Shown here piece by piece: positions 25,392 through 32,000 of a DNA stretch of 32,000 nt. The position numbers were made by a program, and so were the translations under genes. How positions within the stretch are numbered: the first letter of the stretch is position 1; the number at the start of each line of letters is the position of its first letter. Source of the DNA: Akkermansia muciniphila ATCC BAA-835 (GTDB lineage: Bacteria > Verrucomicrobiota > Verrucomicrobiia > Verrucomicrobiales > Akkermansiaceae); assembly GCF_000020225.1 (NCBI RefSeq), contig NC_010655.1, positions 2,520,001 to 2,552,000 of the forward strand. The letters are read 5' to 3'. A model generated the notes under the pieces. It saw only the letters and a list, made by a program, of their open reading frames with translations. It was not told the origin of the DNA and did not search any database.

Positions 25392-26396
25392 ATGTCCCCG
25401 CTTTTTTCCATCATCATCCCCGTTTACCGTTCCGGCCCTTTCCTCAGGGACTGCCTGGACTCCATCAGGAACCAGACCCTGACGGACTGGGAATGCATCT
25501 GCATCAATGACGGCTCCCCGGACGACAGCGGAGCCATCCTGGACGAATACGCCCGGAAGGACGCCCGTTTCACCGCCATCCACCAGGACAACCGGGGCGT
25601 AAGCGCCGCGCGCAATGCGGGGCTTTCCCTGGCGAAGGGAAACTGGACCGCCTTTGTGGACGGGGACGATACCGTGGAGCCGGACATGCTGGCCTGCCTC
25701 CATGAGGAAGCTCTCCGCGCGCAGGCAGCCGCCCTCCTCTGCTACGGAATCAGCAAAGACTTCCATGCGGGTTCCCGGCTCATCCGCACGGAAACCACCC
25801 TCCCAAGCCGGAACCAGCACATCCCCGCGGGGGAAACGGGGGCTTTCCTGCGCTACCTGCTGACCAGCCTGGACATGGAATCCTCCTGCAACAAATTGTT
25901 CCGCACGGAACTCCTGAAAAAAAACGGCATCCTCTTCAACACCTCCGCCGTCGTATTTGAAGACTTCCAGTTTGTCCTGGACTACCTTTCCGTCTGCGCC
26001 CCGGACATCATCCTGCTCAAAAAAGCCTTCTACCATTACCGCGCGCAGGAAACGGAAAACGGAGCGGCCAAGCGCAGCCGCTTCAATCTCGTCCGGGACA
26101 TAGACACGCTCACAACCAAATTCCTGGCCTGGACCAGCACCCTTTCCCTCCCGCAGGAAGATATTCCCATTGTCAAAGGCTACATCCTGCAAAAAATCAG
26201 CGTGATTTTCCATGCCCTCCAGCGGCAGCCCTATGCCGCGCGCAAGGAAGTATTCCGGGACTTCCTTACCAGCGGACTGGCCGCACGCAAGGCGGAGCTT
26301 CCCCTGTGCGGCCGCTACTTCCACCTTGTCTGCCGTCTGCTGGCGGCACGCAGGTACCGGCTGGCCCACCTTCTGCTGAAGGCAAGGAACATCTGA
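25392..26396 (+). CDS. Glycosyltransferase family 2
   Basis: Preferred ATG at 25392 (MSPLFSIIIPVYRSGPFLRDCLDSIRNQTLTDWECICINDGSPDDSGAILDEY), with FVDGDD as the DxD motif. The upstream part of track ORF 25275.. overlaps the previous gene. Confidence 0.9.
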   Translation: MSPLFSIIIPVYRSGPFLRDCLDSIRNQTLTDWECICINDGSPDDSGAILDEYARKDARFTAIHQDNRGVSAARNAGLSLAKGNWTAFVDGDDTVEPDMLACLHEEALRAQAAALLCYGISKDFHAGSRLIRTETTLPSRNQHIPAGETGAFLRYLLTSLDMESSCNKLFRTELLKKNGILFNTSAVVFEDFQFVLDYLSVCAPDIILLKKAFYHYRAQETENGAAKRSRFNLVRDIDTLTTKFLAWTSTLSLPQEDIPIVKGYILQKISVIFHALQRQPYAARKEVFRDFLTSGLAARKAELPLCGRYFHLVCRLLAARRYRLAHLLLKARNI

Positions 26397-26549
26397 CGAT
26401 TGTGGAATCAATAACATGCTTCAAAATTTCATCAAAAAAAACTTATCCGTTCCCAATTTCGGTCGTTCCCGTTTTTGTTAAATAACAAATAGCCGGAATC
26501 AAAACATTTCCAGAAAGCAAAATCTCTCATTGACCACCAGGACTCGCTT
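26397..26549. promoter_or_regulatory. Largest gap between wza and the nitroreductase-family gene; AT-rich, with the palindrome TTGTTAAATAACAA (26475-26488). Possible internal promoter and module junction
   Basis: A 153-nt non-coding gap, where the other gaps between wza and the nitroreductase-family gene are 62 nt or less. It coincides with the drop in GC content between the upstream GT genes and the downstream module. Confidence 0.3.
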
Positions 26550-27734
26550 ATGAACCAACACGCACACCTTCCAAAAGCAGGCATTATTACAAGCCACTAC
26601 TATTTCATTAAAACAAACTACGGTTCACTGCTACAAAATTTTGCCCTCCAGCGTTACTTGGAAAAAATGGGCCTATTTCCATTCCTGATCAGACAGGAAG
26701 AAATCAGCCAGCCCATTTCCTTCCGGGAGAAAATAAAGTTTTATCTTCTTCATCCTCTCCAATTGTTCCGCCGGCTTTTCCAAAAACCAGCACGGGAAGC
26801 TGAGGAAAAAGCACAGAGGATTGCCCGCTTCAACCGGGAGCACCCGCGCCCCTTTGAATCTTTCATCAGCAAACACCTTAACACCACCCCCATCACCTAT
26901 GACCGCGTTACATTGCGCGAGCATCCGCCGGAAGCGGATGTTTACCTGGCGGGCAGCGACCAAATATGGACCCTTGATGATTTTGACAAACTGCTGAATT
27001 TTGCTCCTCCGGGAAAACGAATCGCCTATGCGGCCAGCGCCAATTGGGGAAAACAAAGCAAACGATGGTTTATTGAAGCCAGAAAGGAGCTGCCTTATTT
27101 TACAGGAATCTCCGTCAGGGAAACTGAAGGCAGGGAAATATGCCAAAAAGCCGGTATGGAGCAAGTGGAAGTCGTTCTCGACCCAACCCTGTTGCTGGAT
27201 CCTTCAGAATACACCTCGCTAGTCACGGCACAATCCGCCTACCTTCCTCCTGACTCCATTCTCGGGTATTTCCTCAATACGGACGCCCTTACTGAAATTT
27301 ACTGGAATCAGATTCTTGATTCCTTCAAGGGAAATCCTCTTCGTATCATTCCCCTGCAGGGAACGGAACTCTGCATTCCGGAAGACAGCATCATCACCCC
27401 TGATCCTTATGAATTCATCCAGGCCTTCAAGGAAGCGAAAAACATCATCACCAATTCCTTTCATGGTACGGTTTTTTCCATCATCATGCGCAAGCCGTTT
27501 CTGAGCATTCTTCAGGCAGGAGACACGGCCATTCAAAACACGCGTTTCTTCTCTCTCCTGAAATCCCTGGGGCTGGAAGACAGGATTTACGCGCCGGAGA
27601 GAGGTCTCATGCGGGAACAGATGGAACAGAGGATCCAATGGGAAGCCGTAGAAAACAGGCTGGAACAGCTTCGCGGCCACTCTGCCGAATTTCTGGAAAA
27701 GGCCATTCAACAAAGCATTTGCCGCCATGGCTGA
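26550..27734 (+). CDS. Polysaccharide pyruvyl transferase family protein
   Basis: 394 aa. Motifs: NYGSLLQNFALQRYLEKMG, DVYLAGSDQIW and ITNSFHGTVFSIIMRKPF, which match the conserved blocks of PS_pyruv_trans (WcaK/CsaB-like) enzymes. Confidence 0.75.
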   Translation: MNQHAHLPKAGIITSHYYFIKTNYGSLLQNFALQRYLEKMGLFPFLIRQEEISQPISFREKIKFYLLHPLQLFRRLFQKPAREAEEKAQRIARFNREHPRPFESFISKHLNTTPITYDRVTLREHPPEADVYLAGSDQIWTLDDFDKLLNFAPPGKRIAYAASANWGKQSKRWFIEARKELPYFTGISVRETEGREICQKAGMEQVEVVLDPTLLLDPSEYTSLVTAQSAYLPPDSILGYFLNTDALTEIYWNQILDSFKGNPLRIIPLQGTELCIPEDSIITPDPYEFIQAFKEAKNIITNSFHGTVFSIIMRKPFLSILQAGDTAIQNTRFFSLLKSLGLEDRIYAPERGLMREQMEQRIQWEAVENRLEQLRGHSAEFLEKAIQQSICRHG

Positions 27735-29262
27735 AGAAAACAGCAATAAGCGCATTGCCCGCAACACCATGCTGCTTTACACCCGTTCGCTGGTCAATCT
27801 GGTCATCGGGCTGTACACGTCGCGCCTTACCCTGGACGCGCTGGGAATAGCGGATTACGGGATTTACAACGTCGTCGGCAGCCTGGTGGCTCTTTTCGGC
27901 CTGTTCAACGGCAGTCTGAATACGGCCATCAGCCGGTTCATCACTTACGAACTGGGAAGGAACAATAACCAAAGGCTGAACAAGGTTTTTTCCTCTTCCC
28001 TGAGCATCCTCTTTATTTTTGCCCTGGTGATATTCATACTGGGGGAAACCGTGGGGCTGTGGGCGGTTAATTGCCGCATGGTTTTTCCCGCGGACCGAAT
28101 GAATGCCGTCAACTGGGTCTATCAGATTTCCCTGATGACATTCCTGGTAAGCCTGCTCAACGTGGCGTACACCGCAACGCTGACAGCGCATGAAAATTTC
28201 CGGGTGCTGGCGACAGTAGAAATCCTGTTGACAGGAGTCAAAGTAATATGCGTCATCCTGCTGTATTACGCACCTATGGACAGGCTGATTTATTTCGCCG
28301 GGTACTGTTTTCTGCTCACCCTGGCCTCAAGCGGCTTTTATGCCCTTTACTGCAGCAGGCATTACTCCAGCTGCCGCTACCGGGCCATTCTGGACAAGCC
28401 CTTTCTCAAGGAAATGGGAGCATTTTATTCGTGGAACCTTTTCGGCTCCATCGCCTGGCTGCTGAAGGGGGCCGGCATCAATGTGGTCATCAACCTCTTT
28501 TTCGGCGTACTCATCAATGCCGCTCAGGCCGTGGCGTCCCAGGTTTCATCCGGAGTAACCTCCCTGATGGGAAGTTTTTCCAGCGCCATGCAGCCGCAAA
28601 TCACGAAAAGCTACGCGGCGGGAGACTACGAACACATGTGGAAACTGGTATTCAACGGAACGCGCTACAGTTTCTTTCTCCTGGCCGTCTTCATGCTTCC
28701 CCTGTGCTTCAACATTGATTTCATCCTCTCTCTCTGGCTCAAGGAAATCCCCGCATACACCAATATCTTCGTGATTCTTCTCCTGGCTAACGTGCTGGCG
28801 GAAAGCTACTCCACTTATTTGATCACCGTTCTCCTGGCTACAGGGAAAATCGCCCTTTATCAGGCCAGCGTGGGAACAATTCTCCTGTTGAACGTCCCGT
28901 TAAGCTATCTGGTCTTTCAATGGGGGTTCCCTCCCGTTTCCTTCCTGATCGTCTCCATTGTCCTGACCATCATGGCGCTGATCATGAGGCTCTGGCTTCT
29001 GAAAAAAATGCTCCGCTTTTCCGTACTTTCCTTTCTTAAACAGGTGGTTCTCAAAACAGTTTCCGCCAGCCTGCTGATCTGCCTTGTCAACTGCGCCATT
29101 TATCTGCTGTTGCCTGACATGTATGGAAAACGCATTATTTTTCTTCTTTCAACGTCTCTCTTGTCCATCCTTCTCACTTACCTGACAGGATTGAATAACC
29201 AGGAAAAAATACTGATTCTTCAACAGCTTAAAAAAAGAATTACCTCCCTTATCCACTCCTGA
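27727..29262 (+). CDS. wzx: Wzx-type flippase (MOP/polysaccharide biosynthesis protein family)
   Basis: 511 aa, with about 12-14 hydrophobic segments. It has the typical N-terminus NKRIARNTMLLYTRSLVNLVIGLYTSRLTLDALGIADYGIYNVVGSLVALF. It overlaps the upstream gene by 8 nt. Confidence 0.85.
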   Translation: MAEENSNKRIARNTMLLYTRSLVNLVIGLYTSRLTLDALGIADYGIYNVVGSLVALFGLFNGSLNTAISRFITYELGRNNNQRLNKVFSSSLSILFIFALVIFILGETVGLWAVNCRMVFPADRMNAVNWVYQISLMTFLVSLLNVAYTATLTAHENFRVLATVEILLTGVKVICVILLYYAPMDRLIYFAGYCFLLTLASSGFYALYCSRHYSSCRYRAILDKPFLKEMGAFYSWNLFGSIAWLLKGAGINVVINLFFGVLINAAQAVASQVSSGVTSLMGSFSSAMQPQITKSYAAGDYEHMWKLVFNGTRYSFFLLAVFMLPLCFNIDFILSLWLKEIPAYTNIFVILLLANVLAESYSTYLITVLLATGKIALYQASVGTILLLNVPLSYLVFQWGFPPVSFLIVSIVLTIMALIMRLWLLKKMLRFSVLSFLKQVVLKTVSASLLICLVNCAIYLLLPDMYGKRIIFLLSTSLLSILLTYLTGLNNQEKILILQQLKKRITSLIHS

Positions 29263-29301
29263 TTTAAAAACCTTCCTTCCCATTAACCGCAATCCACATC
29301 C

Positions 29302-30306
29302 ATGAATATGCTGAATCTCCTGAAAAAAATTTCCAACCGTCTCAATGCCATATGTTACACGCGTTCCAGCCGTTATAAACTAAGGTATCTTTATTCCTAC
29401 GACCGTAAAAGATTTATCCGCCATGCAGGCTCCCTTCACCATGAGGAAGAAGAACAGAAACTGGCATCTGTCATCATGGCCTACCATGTATTGGAAAAAG
29501 GATTAAGCATGCCTGAAAGACGTCTGGGATTTGGACATGATGCCGTCCTGAACCTCATCAGTCTGATAAGGGATTATTCAGAAAAGTTCCCTCAAAATGA
29601 TCAAATCCTGCATGCCATCTCCGTCTTGGACGCTTACCGCGAAATGCACAGAAAAGAAAACTTCAGCCTCCGTCCGGATCTCCAGCAGGCGCTGGACAGC
29701 CTGCTGGCGGACTTCCCCCCTGCGGTCAAGGAAGACGGTCAGATAGAAATGACCAGGGAACAATATTATGCCCATTTGGAATCCTCCTTTCCCGAATTTT
29801 CGGCATCCCGCCATTCCGTGCGTCACTTCAATGGCCCGGTTTCACTGGAACAAATAGAACAGGCCGTATCCCTTGCCCGCAATGCCCCATCCGCCTGCAA
29901 CAGGCAGCATGCCCGCGTCCATTGCATCTGTGACAAGGAAACCCGGAAAAAAGTGCTTTCCCTCCAGAATGGAAACAGGGGATTCGGTCATTTGGCTGAT
30001 AAGCTGCTCATTATTACCGCGGATCTCCACGACATCCGCTGGGAGGAAGAAAGGAACGACCTGTACACTAACGCAGGCATCTTTCTGATGAATCTCTGTT
30101 ATGCCCTTCATGCCAACAAGGTAGCCCACTGCCTCCTGAACTGGTCCGTATCCCCCTTTCAGGATATCCGGTTGAGGCAGCTGGTTTCCATTCCCGACCA
30201 TGAAAGCATCATCTGCATTCTTGCCTGCGGTGATTGCCCGGAAAACTTCAGATTAGCGCCTTCGCCTCGTAAACCTGTCAGCCGGATATTAACCGTACAC
30301 CGGTAA
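29302..30306 (+). CDS. Nitroreductase-family protein with an N-terminal extension of about 155 aa and unknown function
   Basis: 334 aa. The nitroreductase fold signature starts near residue 165 (FSASRHSVRHFNGPVSLEQIEQAVSLARNAPSACNRQHARVH). I recognise no motif in residues 1-155. Confidence 0.8.
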   Translation: MNMLNLLKKISNRLNAICYTRSSRYKLRYLYSYDRKRFIRHAGSLHHEEEEQKLASVIMAYHVLEKGLSMPERRLGFGHDAVLNLISLIRDYSEKFPQNDQILHAISVLDAYREMHRKENFSLRPDLQQALDSLLADFPPAVKEDGQIEMTREQYYAHLESSFPEFSASRHSVRHFNGPVSLEQIEQAVSLARNAPSACNRQHARVHCICDKETRKKVLSLQNGNRGFGHLADKLLIITADLHDIRWEEERNDLYTNAGIFLMNLCYALHANKVAHCLLNWSVSPFQDIRLRQLVSIPDHESIICILACGDCPENFRLAPSPRKPVSRILTVHR

Positions 30307-30359
30307 TTTCACCTGTGTTCACAGCATACAATTCCCTCTATCCGGTTACGCTGTAATTT

Positions 30360-30388
30360 TCATTTTCCCAGCTCTTTCATCTGAGCGA
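30360..30388 (+). repeat. Copy 2 of the 29-nt motif (TCATTTTCCCAGCTCTTTCATCTGAGCGA) shared with 6432-6460
   Basis: See copy 1. This copy lies in the 174-nt gap between the nitroreductase-family gene and the acyltransferase gene, ending about 90 nt upstream of the ATG at 30481. Confidence 0.6.
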
Positions 30389-30480
30389 TTTGTTGAAGAT
30401 TAAAAGCCAGAATCTTTTGAGGATCTTACAGCAACGCTATTCCGCATAATTCCGTTCATTTATCTGCAATCCTGATCAAT

Positions 30481-32000
30481 ATGAAGCAAATCACTTCACT
30501 CAGAGGCCTCGCGATTATTCTGATCATCCTTTTCCACCTCAATCCGGAGCATTTCCCCTACGGCTACTTCGGCGTTGAAGTGTTTCTGGTGATTTCCGGC
30601 TACCTGCTCATGAAGTCCCTCCAGAAACAGCAAATGCAAATCCGTCTCGGGGAATTTGCCCGTAAAAAAGTCTTAAGACTTTTTACCCCGGTTGCCGTCA
30701 TCGTCCCGCTCACTCTTCTGGCTGGCATGTTCCTTCTGGACTATACGGACCTGGCGACAGCCAGTTCCACAGGCGGATATACGCTGATAGGCGCCGCAAA
30801 CAGGTTCCTGGCCGTCATCCAGTCCGACTATTTCGCGCAGGATTCTTCCGGCAATCCGTTCCTTCACATGTGGTACCTGGCGGTGACGGTGCAGATTTAT
30901 CTTTTGTTCGCGGGGGGATGCGTCCTGTACCGTTACCTTCCCAAACGGGCGGCCGCCTCTCTTTTCTGGATCGCCGGCATCGGGTCCTTTCTCTGGGCCT
31001 ATTCCTATCCCATTCACAACCTGTTGCAGGAAATCGGCCTGCCCGTCTGGGAGCAGGTCCGCCCCACTTCCCATTACATGACGCTGCCCCGTTTGTGGGA
31101 GGTTTGCGCGGGGATTTTGTTAGCAATATACCCCCCCCCCTTAAGTTCAACATGTTGCGAAAACAACAAGAAAAACGCTCTCCTCTTCCTCCTTGGAATG
31201 TTATGCATCCTCGTACCTGCCCTTTCCCGCGGAAAGGATGTCTCCCTCTGCTCGGCGGCCGTAGTTTTGGGGACATGCCTGGTGATCCGGTATGCGGAAT
31301 CCGGCAGGCTAGCCCACTGGTTCAACAATAAACTTCTGCTGTGGATTGGAGGAATCTCGTTCTCCCTTTACCTGGTGCATATGCCCCTCATCGCGTTCTA
31401 TCATTCGTGGTTTCTCCATGCTCCCGGATGGCCCGGAATGCTTGCCATCGGAGCGGCGTCCGCAGTCCTGGGAGGTCTCCTGTACCTTGCAGTAGAGAAA
31501 AAGCGCATGAAGATGAAATGGTTTATCCCCTTGTACCTTTTCGCGTTGCTTCTATGCGTTGCAGGAAGGCAGACGGAAGGATTCCGGAACTACATCAACA
31601 AGGAAATCAACTCCATTTCCAGCCCCCAGCTGCATGGCGCATCGGAAATCAAATCTCCTGAAGCCGCCCGGGGATTTGATAAGGAAGCCATCAAATTCAA
31701 TAACAACATCTTTGCCTTCGTCAGCAGAGCCGATTTCAAAGGAAGTGCGGAACCCGGCCTGCTGCAGCTGGGTTCCCCTGCCGAAGCTCCATCCATAGTC
31801 CTGCTGGGGGACAGCCACGCCTCTGCGGCCTTTTGCGGATTGGACGCAGCATGCAGGGAACTGGATATCTCCGGGATTTACGTTTCTTCCGTCATTTCCC
31901 CGTTCTGGAACAGGGAATTGCCCGCGCTGCCGTTTGATGCAAGCTACTATTGCGACGAGAAAAAAATAAAGGCCCTCATGGCATGGCTGAACGTCCACCC
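30481..32000 (+). CDS. Membrane O-acyltransferase, acyltransferase-3 (AT3) domain fused to an SGNH domain (OafA/YrhL-like); C-terminus lies beyond the right edge
   Basis: My own translation; the ORF is absent from the track because it has no stop in the window. It reads MKQITSLRGLAIILIILFHLNPEHFPYGYFGVEVFLVISGYLL... and is open for 506 codons to position 32000. It has the AT3 R-x10-H motif, multiple TM helices (LWIGGISFSLYLVHMPL) and then SGNH block I (SIVLLGDSHASAAF). Confidence 0.9.
   Translation, partial: MKQITSLRGLAIILIILFHLNPEHFPYGYFGVEVFLVISGYLLMKSLQKQQMQIRLGEFARKKVLRLFTPVAVIVPLTLLAGMFLLDYTDLATASSTGGYTLIGAANRFLAVIQSDYFAQDSSGNPFLHMWYLAVTVQIYLLFAGGCVLYRYLPKRAAASLFWIAGIGSFLWAYSYPIHNLLQEIGLPVWEQVRPTSHYMTLPRLWEVCAGILLAIYPPPLSSTCCENNKKNALLFLLGMLCILVPALSRGKDVSLCSAAVVLGTCLVIRYAESGRLAHWFNNKLLLWIGGISFSLYLVHMPLIAFYHSWFLHAPGWPGMLAIGAASAVLGGLLYLAVEKKRMKMKWFIPLYLFALLLCVAGRQTEGFRNYINKEINSISSPQLHGASEIKSPEAARGFDKEAIKFNNNIFAFVSRADFKGSAEPGLLQLGSPAEAPSIVLLGDSHASAAFCGLDAACRELDISGIYVSSVISPFWNRELPALPFDASYYCDEKKIKALMAWLNVH
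31131..31140 (+). repeat. C10 homopolymeric tract inside the AT3 acyltransferase coding sequence (encodes Y-PPP, currently in frame)
   Basis: Read directly: TATA CCCCCCCCCC TTAAG. In the coding frame this is TAC CCC CCC CCC TTA. Confidence 0.95.

Noticed and set aside
20044-26417. Long - strand ORFs at 20044..21093 (349 aa), 23959..25068 (369 aa) and 25374..26417 (347 aa)
   Set aside because: Each is in the codon-aligned antisense frame of well-supported + strand genes (GT4; the WcaF-like gene plus GT2, which share one frame; and GT2). Their translations are not protein-like. They are a by-product of the high-GC codon bias in this block.
30396-30416. Hairpin AAGATT-N9-AATCTT followed by TT after the nitroreductase gene, as a possible terminator
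   Set aside because: It has only a 6-bp stem with just one G:C pair, a 9-nt loop and a very short T run. That is too weak to call a rho-independent terminator.
30673-31331. ORFs at 30673..31074 (-), 30815..31276 (-), 30870..31331 (+), 31341..31661 (+) and 31552..31998 (-)
   Set aside because: All of them overlap the 506-codon open frame of the AT3-SGNH acyltransferase, which has clear family motifs. The 30870..31331 frame matters only as the frame entered after a +1 C slip in the C10 tract.
1-32000. Search for tRNA, rRNA, CRISPR arrays, transposases, integrases, toxin-antitoxin or defence genes
   Set aside because: I saw none. There are no direct-repeat/spacer arrays, no T-loop-like GGTTCGAATCC motifs in the intergenic regions, and no recombinase-like or transposase-like ORFs. 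Nearly all of the coding capacity is accounted for by the genes listed.

Overview
The window reads as a Verrucomicrobiota-type chromosome segment. It looks Akkermansia-like from the protein sequences, but I could not verify this without a database search. It has two parts.

(1) Positions 1-5.8 kb are housekeeping genes. They are a ResB-like cytochrome c biogenesis gene that runs off the left edge and is missing from the ORF track, rubrerythrin, a GNAT acetyltransferase, a small lipoprotein and FtsK.

(2) An 863-bp gene-free region follows, with an extreme AT-rich trough. After it, from 6.7 kb to the right edge, comes a 22-gene surface-polysaccharide locus with every gene on the + strand. It is of the Wzx/Wzy-dependent type:
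- Export and regulation: Wza exporter, Wzc BY-kinase co-polymerase, PHP-type tyrosine phosphatase.
- Initiation and assembly: an initiating phosphoglycosyltransferase and 11 glycosyltransferases (3 GT2, 6 GT4, 1 GT11/fucosyltransferase-like, 1 divergent).
- Membrane steps: a Wzy-like polymerase, an orphan 524-aa polytopic membrane protein and a Wzx flippase.
- Decoration: a WcaF-like acetyltransferase, a pyruvyl transferase, an extended nitroreductase-family protein and a membrane AT3-SGNH O-acyltransferase that runs off the right edge and is also missing from the ORF track.

I found no rRNA, tRNA, CRISPR array, transposase or integrase.

The most interesting signals are two candidate phase-variation devices at opposite ends of the locus. 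One is a perfect 13-bp inverted repeat flanking a 158-bp AT-rich segment upstream of wza, which could be an inverton or a paired operator. The other is an in-frame C10 homopolymer inside the AT3 acyltransferase, where a change of one C in either direction truncates the protein.

Other signals:
- A 29-nt motif is shared by the two intergenic regions that bracket the locus.
- Base composition is strongly mosaic, with a low-GC pyruvyl transferase / flippase / nitroreductase module.
- The initiating transferase has a tandemly repeated C-terminal tail.
- The locus contains proteins of unknown role.

The many very long ORFs on the opposite strand are codon-aligned antisense shadows, and I rejected them.
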